NCBI GenBank assembly: GCA_964561865.1
Contig: CAZLRO010000005.1
Coordinates: 1 to 33,129 of the forward strand
DNA: 33,129 nt
Direction: 5' to 3'
From: an uncultured Rhodothermaceae bacterium
GTDB lineage: Bacteria; Bacteroidota; Rhodothermia; Rhodothermales; CAZLRO01
The position numbers and the translations under genes are program-made. Under the pieces are notes generated by a model, which did not search any database, was not told where the DNA came from, and saw only the letters and a program-made list of their open reading frames with translations. Of this stretch, positions 23,581 through 33,129 are shown piece after piece. Every line of letters starts with the position of its first letter. Positions within the stretch are counted from its first letter, which is position 1.

Positions 23581-24534
23581 TCAGAGATAAGCTGGCCCCC
23601 CTCCGTCGAGGTCTATGTCCAGCAGGCGCTGGAAGGCCGGAGGGAGGAGGGAAGAGAAGGCATCGCCGTTGTAGAACTTGATCCCCCGGCGGCGGAGGTA
23701 GTCGCGGAAATCCTGTTCCACCGGCCCCAGCGGGCCGATGACCTGCATCTGCCCGAGGTCGAACACGGTGTGGTTGCACCGGATGTGCTGTTCGGCCTCG
23801 TGGAAGTCCAGCTCCACTGCCAGGTGCTTGAACTGCGCCAGTTCCGCATAGTCGCGCAGGATGGCCCGGACGGTTTCGGCGTTGGTGGCGGGATCGACCA
23901 CCGGGTAAGCGTGCTCCCGCAAGATGCGGATGGGGGTGCCCGCGGCGAAGGCCCCGTCGGGGATGTCCCGGTTGACGAGCGAGCCGAGGCCAATGACGAC
24001 GTTGCTGCCGATGGTGCGGTTGGGCAACACCGTCGAGCGGGCCGGGAGCCACACCTTGTCGCCAATCCGGACCGGGCCGAAGTCCGCCGGGAACCCTTCG
24101 AGCACCGGCAGGAACGCGCCGTGCGTCCAGATGTTGACCTCATTGCCGATACCCACCCAGGCGCCGATGGTGATGGCGTCGCTGAGGTTGAGCAGGACGC
24201 GGTCGCACACCATCGTGTATGGCCCGGTGTGGAGCGTCGAACGCGGCCCGTACTGTCCACCCTGCCCCACCATAATATCGCTTTCCCAGTAGCCGTAGGT
24301 GCCGAGGTGGATGGCACGCCCGGTGAGCTGGTTGCGGTCGCCCAGGACCGTTCGCGCCCCGATGTGCAGGTGGTCGGCCACCAGAAACCGGTTGTGCGCT
24401 CCAATGCGGACATGGTCTTCGAGGACGCAATGGTTGGCCCGGATGATGGTGTCGGGGCCTATCGAGACGCCGACGCCCACCTCGACCTGCTCGCCCACGA
24501 GGAAGCTGTTGCCTTCCAGCCGGATAACGTGCAT
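23581..24534 (-). CDS. Hexapeptide-repeat (left-handed beta-helix) acyltransferase
   Basis: Repeated [LIV]-G-x4 hexapeptide pattern across the N-terminal 200 aa, for example VGVSIGPDTIIRANHCVLEDHVRIGAHN and IGDKVWLPARSTVLPNRTIGSNVVIGLGSLV. Confidence 0.8.
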   Translation of the reverse strand: MHVIRLEGNSFLVGEQVEVGVGVSIGPDTIIRANHCVLEDHVRIGAHNRFLVADHLHIGARTVLGDRNQLTGRAIHLGTYGYWESDIMVGQGGQYGPRSTLHTGPYTMVCDRVLLNLSDAITIGAWVGIGNEVNIWTHGAFLPVLEGFPADFGPVRIGDKVWLPARSTVLPNRTIGSNVVIGLGSLVNRDIPDGAFAAGTPIRILREHAYPVVDPATNAETVRAILRDYAELAQFKHLAVELDFHEAEQHIRCNHTVFDLGQMQVIGPLGPVEQDFRDYLRRRGIKFYNGDAFSSLLPPAFQRLLDIDLDGGGPAYL

Positions 24535-24676
24535 GGGTGAAACGGAATGCGGACAGGAATGGGTGAAAGATAACGGATCATGGCGATCCTTACCCGCTTT
24601 CCTGCCCTTGTTCTTTCGCCCCTTCCCGCGCGCGCCGTAGATTGCGGGTGGTCTGTTTCATCCACGAGGTCTTTCA

Positions 24677-25357
24677 ATGTCGGCACTGGTGATCGCGGCG
24701 CACCCGGACGATGAGGTGCTCGGCTGTGGCGGCACGATTGCCCGGCTGGTCCGCGCAGGGCAGCCGGTGTGGATTGCCATTCTCGGCGAAGGGGTCACGG
24801 CCCGCTACGGGGAGCGGAGCCAGGCCGACCCGTTGCAGGTGGAGGCCCTCCGGGAGACCAGCCACCGGGTGGGGGCCTTGCTGGGGGCCAGGGCGGTGTT
24901 CCACTTTGGCCTGCCGGACAACCGTTTCGACACCGTGCCGCTGCTGGACCTGGTGAAGCGGATCGAAGGGCTGGTGGCCGAGCTACGCCCGGAGGTCGTC
25001 TATACCCAGCATGGCGGCGACCTGAACATCGACCATGCGATCACCTTCCGCGCCACGCTGACGGCGACGCGCCCGATAGCCGGTCTGTCAGTCCGACGGG
25101 TGGTTGCCTACGAGGTGCCCTCGTCCACCGAATGGGCTTTCGGCCAGTTTGCCCCGGCTTTCTGCCCGAACATCTTCGTCGATATCGGGGCTACCCTGGA
25201 GGAGAAGATGGCAGCCCTACAGCAGTACGAGACGGAGGCCCGCCCGTTTCCACACCCGCGCTCGCCCGAAGCCCTGCGGGCCATCGCCCGGCGGTGGGGC
25301 AGCGTGGCAGGGCTGGAAGCCGCCGAAGCCTTCCAGTTGATCCGGGAGATCGACTAA
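24677..25357 (+). CDS. PIG-L/LmbE-family de-N-acetylase
   Basis: Motifs AAHPDDEVLGCGGT and LPDNRFD...VYTQHGGDLNIDH. Confidence 0.85.
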   Translation: MSALVIAAHPDDEVLGCGGTIARLVRAGQPVWIAILGEGVTARYGERSQADPLQVEALRETSHRVGALLGARAVFHFGLPDNRFDTVPLLDLVKRIEGLVAELRPEVVYTQHGGDLNIDHAITFRATLTATRPIAGLSVRRVVAYEVPSSTEWAFGQFAPAFCPNIFVDIGATLEEKMAALQQYETEARPFPHPRSPEALRAIARRWGSVAGLEAAEAFQLIREID

Positions 25358-25371
25358 AACCGGAGCCGCCC

Positions 25372-25710
25372 ATGTCCCTCCACACCACCGCCCGCCGCGT
25401 AGAAGTCCACACCGACGCCCAGACGCTGGTCATCGACTGGGCCGACGGGCACCAGACGGTCTACCCGCTGGACGGGCTGCGCCGCGCCTGTCCCTGTGCT
25501 AGCTGTCAGGGCCACGAACACCTGGGTGAACTCCCCGACCCGGCGGTATTTCGGGTACCGGCCCTGATGCGCTGGGCGCAGCTCCGCCTCGAACCCGTGG
25601 GCCACTATGCGCTGCGCTTTCACTGGGACGACGGCCACAACACGGGGCTGTACACCTGGCAGCGCCTGCGGGCCATGTGCCCGTGTGCGGTGTGCCAGCC
25701 ATTGCCCTGA
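25372..25710 (+). CDS. DUF971-domain protein
   Basis: LVIDWADGHQTVYPLDGLRRACPCASC...ALRFHWDDGHNTGLYTWQRLRAMCPCAVC carries the two CPCxxC motifs typical of DUF971. Confidence 0.8.
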   Translation: MSLHTTARRVEVHTDAQTLVIDWADGHQTVYPLDGLRRACPCASCQGHEHLGELPDPAVFRVPALMRWAQLRLEPVGHYALRFHWDDGHNTGLYTWQRLRAMCPCAVCQPLP

Positions 25711-25712
25711 CC

Positions 25713-25811
25713 TCAGGTGAGCCGGGCCAGCAGGGCCATCAATACGAAGATGCTGATCAGGATGAGCGCCGCAATCGCCATCTGGCGGCGCACCCGCACG
25801 GCTTTGTTCAT
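25713..25811 (-). CDS. Small membrane peptide (32 aa), not in the ORF track
   Basis: MNKAVRVRRQMAIAALILISIFVLMALLARLT has a basic N-terminus and one TM helix. A GGAGGGG Shine-Dalgarno lies 4 nt upstream of the ATG. Confidence 0.4.
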   Translation of the reverse strand: MNKAVRVRRQMAIAALILISIFVLMALLARLT

Positions 25812-25913
25812 AGACCCCTCCGACGAAATGTCAGCGACGAAGGAACAGCCTGTAATCAAAGCATCTGCGCGAAAAAAGCAAGTGGAGATTTGTGAATTGC
25901 ACGCCGGGCCACC

Positions 25914-26123
25914 TTAGCAGCGGGTGGTGCGGTCGTAGAGGGCCTTCAGGCGCATCAGCACCCGGGTAGACATCGTGGCCGCATTGGAGAACTCTTCCGG
26001 GGAGACGGAGGTGTCCTTCACCCCCGACTCCAGGTAGCGCTTGAGGTCATCATACCAGCGCTCCAACGCCTCGATCTCGACGTTGACGCGGTCGTTCTTT
26101 TCCTTGATGTCTACCGTGTTCAT
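25914..26123 (-). CDS. Hypothetical small protein (69 aa), helical/coiled-coil-like
   Basis: ORF starting MNTVDIKEKNDRVNVEIEALERWYDDLKRYLE. The track start at 26198 adds an unlikely basic/Cys-rich extension. Confidence 0.45.
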   Translation of the reverse strand: MNTVDIKEKNDRVNVEIEALERWYDDLKRYLESGVKDTSVSPEEFSNAATMSTRVLMRLKALYDRTTRC

Positions 26124-26235
26124 AGCCGTCCGTGATCCGAACCGACATATGGTGTCCCGGCCAACACACAGGGCCGGGGGACTCCCCTTACGTTTCATAT
26201 CGACGGGTCCCGGAGAAACTTAACGCGGGTTCTTG

Positions 26236-27081
26236 CTAATTCTGAAGCGTATGGTCGCCTTCCGCAGCGGGAATGGTAGCCCACCGGGCGGCCCCGTGGA
26301 TCTGCCCGGTGGCCGGGTCCTGGACGATTGCCACGGCCCCACCATTCGCGGGGAGGCCGTCGCCGGGTAGTACCAGCGACGCCGTATGCGTAGCGCCGGG
26401 GGTGGCGGCCAGGGTGCCTGCGGGTTCCAGGTGCCGTACCACGTAGTCGTTGCGGAGCTGCCGACGGGCGTTCTCGCCCCGCGCCACGTCGGTGACCAGG
26501 CCATTCTCGAAGACGACGACCACCACGTCGAGGGTGCGGGCCGGGAGGGATCGTAGCACCTCTACGTGGACGGTCAACGCCTGGGTTCCTGCCGACCCCG
26601 GGGTGGTGGTCAGGGCCACCCGGGTGCCCAGAGGTAGGGTTCGCAAGGCTTCAAGTTGCTGGCGAATCCGGGTGGCGTGGGAGCCAACGAGGGCCGTCTG
26701 TCCTTGGAGCACCAGTTGGGGGGTGTAAACCCCACCGTCCTTCAACTGGCCTGCGTACCGCGCCTGCCGGGCCGACCAGGCTTCGCGGGAAAACGGGTCG
26801 GCCCAGCCGAGGTGGTTCCAGTAATCCACGTGAAAAGACAGCGGGATCACGGCCGCGCCATAGCGACGCCCCAGCTCGGAGAGCAGCCGGTCTGCCGGGG
26901 GACAACTGGAGCAGCCCTGTGAGGTGAACAGTTCGAGCACGACCGGTGCGGCTGTCGTGTCGGGCAACGGGGAGGCCACAGGCTGGGACGGCGGTGGCGC
27001 GGGCACCACCTGGAAACGGTGCCACCCCCAGGCAGCACCCAGCACGACCAGCACGGTCAGGAGGAGGATTCGCATCGGCAT
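26236..27081 (-). CDS. DUF1223-domain (thioredoxin-like) protein
   Basis: VLELFTSQGCSSCPPADRLL and SFHVDYWNHLGWADPF are DUF1223 hallmarks. An N-terminal TM/signal segment is present. The start ATG overlaps the upstream small-ORF stop (TGATG). Confidence 0.85.
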   Translation of the reverse strand: MPMRILLLTVLVVLGAAWGWHRFQVVPAPPPSQPVASPLPDTTAAPVVLELFTSQGCSSCPPADRLLSELGRRYGAAVIPLSFHVDYWNHLGWADPFSREAWSARQARYAGQLKDGGVYTPQLVLQGQTALVGSHATRIRQQLEALRTLPLGTRVALTTTPGSAGTQALTVHVEVLRSLPARTLDVVVVVFENGLVTDVARGENARRQLRNDYVVRHLEPAGTLAATPGATHTASLVLPGDGLPANGGAVAIVQDPATGQIHGAARWATIPAAEGDHTLQN

Positions 27082-27197
27082 CAGGGCACCGGGCACCGCC
27101 CCAGCAGCATCTGCCAGAGAAACGAAGCTGCCAGGGCCAGGCCCATGAGAAGGTAGAAAAACCGGGAAATTGGGGATGTTTGGTGGTTCAGGGTCAT
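27081..27197 (-). CDS. Small hydrophobic ORF (38 aa), translationally coupled to the DUF1223 gene; not in the ORF track
   Basis: MTLNHQTSPISRFFYLLMGLALAASFLWQMLLGRCPVP has GC-rich third codon positions. Its stop overlaps the DUF1223 ATG. Its start sits 10 nt from the end of repeat copy B, as the pentapeptide gene does at copy A. Confidence 0.35.
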   Translation of the reverse strand: MTLNHQTSPISRFFYLLMGLALAASFLWQMLLGRCPVP

Positions 27198-27207
27198 GAC
27201 GGGGAGA

Positions 27208-27587
27208 TAGCTGTTAGCCGTTAGCTGTTTGGGACTTGGGACTTGGCGAAGAGGGCAGCAACCTTCCCAAACGTGTCATCACGAGGAAGCCATTGGTCGA
27301 TCTCATGAGATCGACCAGCTAGAGCCTGCCCCGAGGAACGAGGGGTCTTGATCTCACCCTTGCCACCGGGCAGCAGCGTCGCCCACACGAAAATCCCCTC
27401 TTGAGAGGGGTGGCTCCCCGATGGGCACGCGCCAGCAGGCATCGGGGAGACGGGGTGTGGTGCACGGCTGACCGCAACGCAGGTGCCAGTGCAACCGCTG
27501 CGACACACCCCTCTCGGAGAGGGGACTTGGGGAGTTAGGCAGCGACATTCCCACCGGTGGCATCTCCAATCCGAAGTCCGCAATCCC
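27208..27587 (-). repeat. Mosaic hairpin-rich intergenic repeat element, copy B (inverted relative to copy A)
   Basis: The reverse complement aligns with 17314-17797. It contains the 22-bp perfect palindrome GGTCGATCTCATGAGATCGACC, the CCCCTC/GAGGGG hairpins and the CTCCCCGATG/CATCGGGGAG stem. Confidence 0.9.
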
Positions 27588-27694
27588 AGCTCTCCCTCCC
27601 ATCGTCGGCATCGGCCTTCGCGTCCCTATTCCGTATGTTCCATCATTTTCGACCGGGATTGCATCACGGATATCGCCGTTCGGGTCACAAATCC

Positions 27695-29941
27695 TTAAAA
27701 TTGATTAGCGCTGCGTCCACCTGCGGGCAGGTGCTGGTTCAGGTAGCGGGTCAGCAGGCCGAACAGGTGCCGCGTGGTGCCTTCGCCTTCATAGATACCG
27801 TGGGAACGATTGGGATAGGCCATCATCGTGAAGTCCTTGCCGTGTGCGATGAGGGTGTTGATGAGCCGCTCAGTGCCCTGGTAGTGTACGTTGTCGTCGC
27901 CGGTGCCGTGGACGACGAGCAGGTTGCCCCGCAGGTTTTCGGCGAAGGTGATGGGAGACCCCAGGCGATAGCCCTCCGCGTTCTCCTGGGGCAGGCCCAT
28001 GTAGCGCTCCTGGTAGATGGTGTCGTAGAGCCGCTGGTCCGGGACGGGGGCCACCGACATGCCCGTCTGGTAGAGGTCTGGGTAGCGAAACAGCATGTTG
28101 AGCGTCATGGAGCCGCCACCGCTCCAGCCCCAGATGCCGATGCGGGTGGAATCGACGTAGGGCCATTGCCGGATGACGCGGTTGGCGGCGGCCTGGTCGG
28201 CAGAGGCTTGTACGCCAATAGCGCCATAGATCTGCTTGCGCCAGTGGCGGCCCCGGGGGGCGGGTGTGCCCCGGTTGTCGAGGCTGATGACCACATAGCC
28301 CTGCTGGGCCAGCAGGTGGTGCCAGAGCGTCGTGAAGCCATCCCACTGGTCCAGCACCGTCTGTCCTGCCGGTTCGCCGTAGACGTAGAACAGCACCGGG
28401 TATTTCCGTGCCGGGTCGAACTCCGGGGGGCGGATCTCCCAGCCGTCCAGGAGCACCCCGGCACCGATGTCGACGCGGAAGAACCGGCTCTGGCCGAGGG
28501 CGACCGAAGCCAACCGTTCACGAAGGGCGGCATTGTCTACCAGTGTCTGCACCGGGGTGTGGGCCGGCAGGCGCACCACGTCGATGATGGGCGGGGTGGT
28601 GAAGGAGGAGAAGGAGTGAATGGCCCAGGCACCCCCTGGTGCGAGGTTGTAGGTATGGGTGCCCGGCTGGTCGGCAGGAGAAAGTCGTTCGGGCGTACCC
28701 CGTCCGTCGAGCCGGGTACGGAAGAGGTAGCGCTGTGCAGGGTTGTCCGGCGAGGCGATGTAATAGAGCCATCCGCCCCGCGTGTCGATCTGGACGACAC
28801 GGATCACATCTACCGCGCCTGGGGTGAGGTTGCGCATCTGCTGGCCGTCGCGGGAGACGAGCCAGACGTGCCGCCAGCCGCTGCGTTCGCTCACCCAGGT
28901 GAAGCGCTGCCCGCCATCAAGCCACCGGAGATCATCTACCACCTCTACCCAGGCGCTGTCCTGCTCGGTCAGGATCGTGCGCATCTGCCCGGTGTGGACA
29001 TTGGCCAGGATCACCTCCAGCGTGTTCTGTTTACGGTTGAGGTGTTGCAGGAGGAGTTCATCCGTACGCTCGACCCATTCCATCCGGGCGATGTAGTGGT
29101 TACGCAGGTCCTGCGACGGCTCGAACCAGGTCGTCGTTCCCCCACCGGCGGACACCACCCCCACCCGGCCAGCCGCATTGGTCGTACCCACCTTCGGGTA
29201 CTGGATCGGCACGACGAAGGAATAGAGGGAGTCGGTGTTGTTGAGCAGCAGGAAGTCCCGAATCCCCGAAGCGTCGAGTTGCCAATAGGCGATGCGGGTG
29301 CCGTCCGGGCTCCAGCGGAAGCCGTCGCGCAGGCCGAACTCTTCCTCATACACCCAGTCGAATGTCCCGTTGATGATCGTCCGGGTGCCGTCGTGGGTGA
29401 GCTGGGTGATGCGCCCGTCGGCCAGCGACTCGACGTAGAGGTTATTTTCGCGGACATACCCCACACGGGTGCCGTCGGGCGAGAACTTGGCGAACATCAG
29501 TGTGGCTTCCGGGGCGGTGCCACCCAGCTTCTGCAAGGCCTTCGTGCGCAGGTCCAGCACCCAGTAGTCCCCCCGCGTGTTGATCCGCCAGACGCGCCGG
29601 GTGTTGGTGAAGATCAGCAGTTGCTGGTGGTCGTTCGACCAGTGGTAGTTGGCAATCCTGAGCGGCTCCGACCTTCCGGCAGGCACGAGGTCGCGGGCCG
29701 GGACGAGCACCGAGTGGGTACCCGTCGGAGCGTCGTAGCGCACAAGATCGGTTCCCCCGGAGGGTGACGGCTCCAGCGTCGTATAGGTCTGGCCGTCGAG
29801 CCAGCGGGCCGGGCCGAAGTCTTGGTCGGAGAAGGCGAAGTCCGTGAAGAGTTGGTCCAGCGTGAGACGGCTGACATCCTGGGCCTGGACCGAGGCCGAC
29901 AGGATGAGCAACAAACCGGAAAACCAGAGCAGACGACGCAT
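27695..29941 (-). CDS. Dipeptidyl-peptidase IV family serine peptidase (S9B)
   Basis: Signal peptide MRRLLWFSGLLLILSASVQA. Beta-propeller region with FDWVYEEEF. Catalytic GWSGGG, plus GTGDDNVH and NRSHG. Confidence 0.9.
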   Translation of the reverse strand: MRRLLWFSGLLLILSASVQAQDVSRLTLDQLFTDFAFSDQDFGPARWLDGQTYTTLEPSPSGGTDLVRYDAPTGTHSVLVPARDLVPAGRSEPLRIANYHWSNDHQQLLIFTNTRRVWRINTRGDYWVLDLRTKALQKLGGTAPEATLMFAKFSPDGTRVGYVRENNLYVESLADGRITQLTHDGTRTIINGTFDWVYEEEFGLRDGFRWSPDGTRIAYWQLDASGIRDFLLLNNTDSLYSFVVPIQYPKVGTTNAAGRVGVVSAGGGTTTWFEPSQDLRNHYIARMEWVERTDELLLQHLNRKQNTLEVILANVHTGQMRTILTEQDSAWVEVVDDLRWLDGGQRFTWVSERSGWRHVWLVSRDGQQMRNLTPGAVDVIRVVQIDTRGGWLYYIASPDNPAQRYLFRTRLDGRGTPERLSPADQPGTHTYNLAPGGAWAIHSFSSFTTPPIIDVVRLPAHTPVQTLVDNAALRERLASVALGQSRFFRVDIGAGVLLDGWEIRPPEFDPARKYPVLFYVYGEPAGQTVLDQWDGFTTLWHHLLAQQGYVVISLDNRGTPAPRGRHWRKQIYGAIGVQASADQAAANRVIRQWPYVDSTRIGIWGWSGGGSMTLNMLFRYPDLYQTGMSVAPVPDQRLYDTIYQERYMGLPQENAEGYRLGSPITFAENLRGNLLVVHGTGDDNVHYQGTERLINTLIAHGKDFTMMAYPNRSHGIYEGEGTTRHLFGLLTRYLNQHLPAGGRSANQF

Positions 29942-30203
29942 AGAGGGCACGGGGTGAGGGTGGGACAGGATTACCCCAAGATAGAATGGAAGTGTTCCAG
30001 GAGGCCACCCTGCCTGCAACGTTCGTGCAAGCACATGCGGTTCAGGGGTTACGCCCCAGGCAAAAGAGGCCCCAACCCGCCCGCCGATGTTTCCCGAAAT
30101 GTCTTAAGCCCCTCGTCAGGAGGTCGATGTTTTCCATGATGCCTCCCGTTTCCCGACGTTCTATGGCGACAGGGAGACACCGTAGCGCCATCTTATCCCC
30201 TGT

Positions 30204-33129
30204 ATGCGCCCAACCCTGTTCAAGCTGGAATCACAGAAGCTGATCGTCAGTGTGCTGGCAGGGCTGTTGGGGTTATTGGTCAACCAGTTTGACCTGACCA
30301 TCTACAGCACCATCACGATGATCTTTGGCAGTGTGTTTTACCTGCTCATTGCCATCGTGTATGGTCCCGTCTACGGCCTGCTTTCGGCCCTGATTGCCGT
30401 GAGCGAGACGCTGCGGCTGTGGGGGCATCCGTATGCCCTGCTCTATTTCGGCCTCGAAGCCGTGGCGGTGGGTTGGCTGACCCGGCGCTGGCGGATGCTG
30501 CCCGCGCTGGCAAGTGCGCTGTACTGGGGCCTGGTCGGCACCCCGCTGCTGATCCTGATCTTTGTGGTGCTCTTCCGGGTGTCTATTGGCTGGATCGTGG
30601 TCACCACCGATGCCCTCACGGGGCTGGTCTGCATCCTCGCCGCCGAGACCCTGCTGCAACTGGAACCGGTGCAACACCTCCTGCTGGGCCAGGAAGTCCG
30701 ACCCCGCCGCTCGGTGCGGGCCTACCTGTTCAACGGGTTCATGCTGATGATCACGCTGCCGCTGCTGGTCCTGAGCCTGATCAACGGACAACTCAACGCC
30801 CAGCGGGACTATGAGACGGCCAGCCAGCGCCTGGTTGAAGCCAGCCACTCGCTGGGCCGGGAACTGAACCGCGCCCTCGAAACCTACCAGCGTTCGCTAC
30901 AACAGCTGGCCCAGGCCTTGGAACAGGAGGACTTGCATGACCTCCAGGCCCTGCAGCACACCCTGCGCGAACATGTTGTCCTGCACGACCACTTCCAGTC
31001 GATTCTGGTGGCCGACGGGAACGGCGCCGTGCTAGTGTTTGCCCCGGATACCCTCCCGGTTCCCGGACAGGTCTCCGGCCAGCCCTGGTTCCAGCAGGTA
31101 CACCGCACGAGACAGCCTTATCGAGCGTTCTATACATCCCCCTCTCCGCTAGATAGCCGCCCGGTCCTGACCCTGGCAATCCCGCTACAGGATGTGGCTG
31201 GCAATGTGGTCGGGGTCATGCAGGGCAGCCTGAACCCAACCTGGCTGGGGCAGCACGATCTGCAACGCCTCTCGCTCAAGCAGGCGGAGGTTCTGCTGCT
31301 GGATGCCAGGCAAGACGTGATTTATGCCAGCCCCACACTCTCCTATGACCCTGCCCGGATCGCCAAGTCTGCCCTGATACAGGCCAGCCGACAACAGGGG
31401 GCGTTGTTCAACTATGTGGAACCAGGCACACAATGGAATGACTGGGAAAGCTACCTTGTTCACCACACGGTATTGCCTTTGACGGGCTGGCACCTGTACC
31501 TGCGGCAGTCGGATGCCTACCTGCAAGAGAATACCGTCCAGTACTATCTCTTGACGCTGGCGTGGGTGCTGGCCGCCGTCGGGTGCAGCGTATTTCTCGT
31601 CCGGATCATTGCACGCCGGGTAGCCCGCCCGCTGGAGCAACTGGTGAAAACCGCACGGGTCTGGACGGTAGACCTGCCGCCGGAGCCGATCCTACCTGTC
31701 ACTCCGGACACCCCTTCGGAGCTGGCAGACCTGGTACAGGACTTCGGCGCGATGGCGGCCAGGCTCCATATGTCCTACCATGCGTTGCAGTCGTCGTTGC
31801 ACGAGCGGGAGAAGCTCACCGACGAGTTGCAGTCGTTGTTGCAGGATCTCGACCACAAGGTACAGGTGCGGACGCTGGAGCTGGAGGATGCCCGTAGGAA
31901 AGCCGAGGATGCCAACCAGGCCAAAGGGCAGTTCCTCGCCCGAATGAGCCATGAAATCCGAACCCCCATGAATGGTGTCCTGGGGATGATCCATTTTCTA
32001 CTGGACACCCCCCTTACCGCAGAGCAGCGCGATTATGCCGAGACCGTGCGGATCTCCGCCGAGGCGCTGCTCACCCTGCTCAACGACATCCTGGACTTTT
32101 CCAAGATCGAGGCTGGACACCTGGACCTGGAGCACATCGACTTCGACCTCCGGGAGGTGATTCACCAGGTCGTCGGGTTGCTGGCAGGACAGGCCACCGA
32201 AAAAGGGCTGTACCTGCGCCATACGGTGGCGGCCAGTCTCTCGCCGCTGTTCCGGGGCGACCCCTACCGGCTGCGGCAGGTGTTGCTCAACCTCATAGGC
32301 AACGCTATCAAGTTCACCGAGCAGGGCGGGGTATCGCTCGTGATCAGCCGGACGATGGGCAGCACAGAAGCTTTCGAACTGCATTTCAGCGTGACCGATA
32401 CCGGCATCGGGATTCCAGCCGACAAACACCAGGCAATCTTTGAGGTCTTTACCCAGGCCGACGGCTCCACCACGCGCAAATACGGGGGGACTGGCCTGGG
32501 GCTGGCGATCTCGGCCCACCTGGTAGCAATGATGGGCGGACGCATCTGGGTGGAAAGTGTACCAGGAGTGGGCAGCACCTTCCATTTTACAGTATGTCTA
32601 GCCCCGGCGGAGACCCAGCCCGGTGCAACGGTGCAGACGGCGGGAACGGCCCGTGTGCCCCCGCCCGCTGCGGCCAGCGCCGGGAAACACATTCTGCTGG
32701 CCGAGGACCACCGGATTAACCAGCAGGTGGCCGTCCGGCTGCTGGAGAAGCGCGGGTATGTGGTGACGGTGGCCGAGAACGGCCAGGAAGTGCTCGACCG
32801 GCTACAGGAACAGCCGTTCGACCTGCTGCTCCTGGATGTGGAGATGCCCGTCCTCAGTGGCCTCGAAACCATCCGGCAGATCCGCCAGCGCGAAGCAACC
32901 CCGGGCCGCTGCCCGTTTGCACCGGGGACGCCACCGCACCTGCCGGTCATTGCCCTTACCGCCCATGCGATGTCGGGCGACCGGGAAGCGAGCCTGGCCG
33001 CCGGGATGGATGACCATGTGACCAAGCCCCTCCACCCCGACACCCTCTACGCGGCCATGGACCGGCTACTAGCCGTCGCTTCGTCCCAATCCCCAGCCCC
33101 TCACCGCCCCACCCGGCCTTACGGATCGG
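30204..33129 (+). CDS. Hybrid sensor histidine kinase / response regulator, 3-prime end beyond the window
   Basis: Domain order as read from the sequence:
- N-terminal multi-TM segment
- periplasmic Cache-like region
- second TM and HAMP-like linker
- H-box [13 protein letters not shown]
- N-box [12 protein letters not shown]
- G-boxes DTGIGI and [10 protein letters not shown]
- REC domain [11 protein letters not shown]...[10 protein letters not shown]...KPL
No stop codon occurs before 33129. Confidence 0.9.
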   Translation, partial: MRPTLFKLESQKLIVSVLAGLLGLLVNQFDLTIYSTITMIFGSVFYLLIAIVYGPVYGLLSALIAVSETLRLWGHPYALLYFGLEAVAVGWLTRRWRMLPALASALYWGLVGTPLLILIFVVLFRVSIGWIVVTTDALTGLVCILAAETLLQLEPVQHLLLGQEVRPRRSVRAYLFNGFMLMITLPLLVLSLINGQLNAQRDYETASQRLVEASHSLGRELNRALETYQRSLQQLAQALEQEDLHDLQALQHTLREHVVLHDHFQSILVADGNGAVLVFAPDTLPVPGQVSGQPWFQQVHRTRQPYRAFYTSPSPLDSRPVLTLAIPLQDVAGNVVGVMQGSLNPTWLGQHDLQRLSLKQAEVLLLDARQDVIYASPTLSYDPARIAKSALIQASRQQGALFNYVEPGTQWNDWESYLVHHTVLPLTGWHLYLRQSDAYLQENTVQYYLLTLAWVLAAVGCSVFLVRIIARRVARPLEQLVKTARVWTVDLPPEPILPVTPDTPSELADLVQDFGAMAARLHMSYHALQSSLHEREKLTDELQSLLQDLDHKVQVRTLELEDARRKAEDANQAKGQFLARMSHEIRTPMNGVLGMIHFLLDTPLTAEQRDYAETVRISAEALLTLLNDILDFSKIEAGHLDLEHIDFDLREVIHQVVGLLAGQATEKGLYLRHTVAASLSPLFRGDPYRLRQVLLNLIGNAIKFTEQGGVSLVISRTMGSTEAFELHFSVTDTGIGIPADKHQAIFEVFTQADGSTTRKYGGTGLGLAISAHLVAMMGGRIWVESVPGVGSTFHFTVCLAPAETQPGATVQTAGTARVPPPAAASAGKHILLAEDHRINQQVAVRLLEKRGYVVTVAENGQEVLDRLQEQPFDLLLLDVEMPVLSGLETIRQIRQREATPGRCPFAPGTPPHLPVIALTAHAMSGDREASLAAGMDDHVTKPLHPDTLYAAMDRLLAVASSQSPAPHRPTRPYGS

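Noticed and set aside
27191-27202. 12-nt identity (GGGTCATGACGG) between the 3-prime end of tRNA-Val (1118-1129) and the edge of repeat copy B, as a possible att remnant.
   Set aside because: The geometry is wrong for an island integrated at the tRNA 3-prime end, because the match lies on the 5-prime side of the tRNA gene, 26 kb away. The match also overlaps an ATG start context. It is most likely coincidental.
17314-27587. Composite transposon or genomic island bounded by the inverted repeat copies.
   Set aside because: No transposase, integrase or recombinase gene lies in the interval, and there is no obvious target-site duplication. The same element also occurs singly between operon genes.
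1-33129. CRISPR arrays, rRNA genes, further tRNAs, IS elements and known defence-system genes.
   Set aside because: No regularly spaced direct repeats with unique spacers, no rRNA-like segments, no second cloverleaf, and no transposase, integrase, nuclease-helicase or reverse-transcriptase motifs were seen on either strand.

Overview
High-GC (about 65%) bacterial chromosomal window. The gene content (CarboxypepD_reg-type TonB-dependent receptor, DUF4249-like lipoprotein, DPP-IV, spondin_N lipoprotein) suggests a Rhodothermus/Bacteroidota-like organism, but that is inference only. I can support about 35 genes.

Genes, in order:
- a 5-prime-partial S8 peptidase
- tRNA-Val(GAC) with a sigma70-like promoter and a bidirectional terminator
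- endonuclease V
- a vapBC-like and a parDE-like TA pair, each with a frameshifted toxin
- a TonB-dependent receptor
- an M19 dipeptidase
- two paralogous ATP-grasp ligases
- a DUF190-crcB pair downstream of a phosphonatase-like HAD gene that carries an in-frame amber codon
- the three-gene pntAA-pntAB-pntB transhydrogenase operon
- a pentapeptide-repeat protein
- a low-GC island with an AraC remnant and orphan lipoproteins
- a hexapeptide acyltransferase, PIG-L deacetylase and DUF971 group
- a DUF1223 protein
- DPP-IV
- a 3-prime-partial hybrid histidine kinase

The most unusual content is non-coding:
1. A hairpin-rich mosaic repeat element of 0.3-0.5 kb occurs four times. Every copy has the same polarity relative to transcription, lying between a stop codon and the next start codon. 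Two copies form an inverted pair around 9.4 kb. One internal module is flipped between copies. One mini-copy sits inside the pnt operon.
2. An AT-rich palindrome family, TATAGTCA-N3-TGACTATA, occurs at four loci in an otherwise GC-rich sequence.

No CRISPR array, transposase, integrase or recognisable defence system was seen. All homology statements rest on motif recognition by eye. No searches were run.
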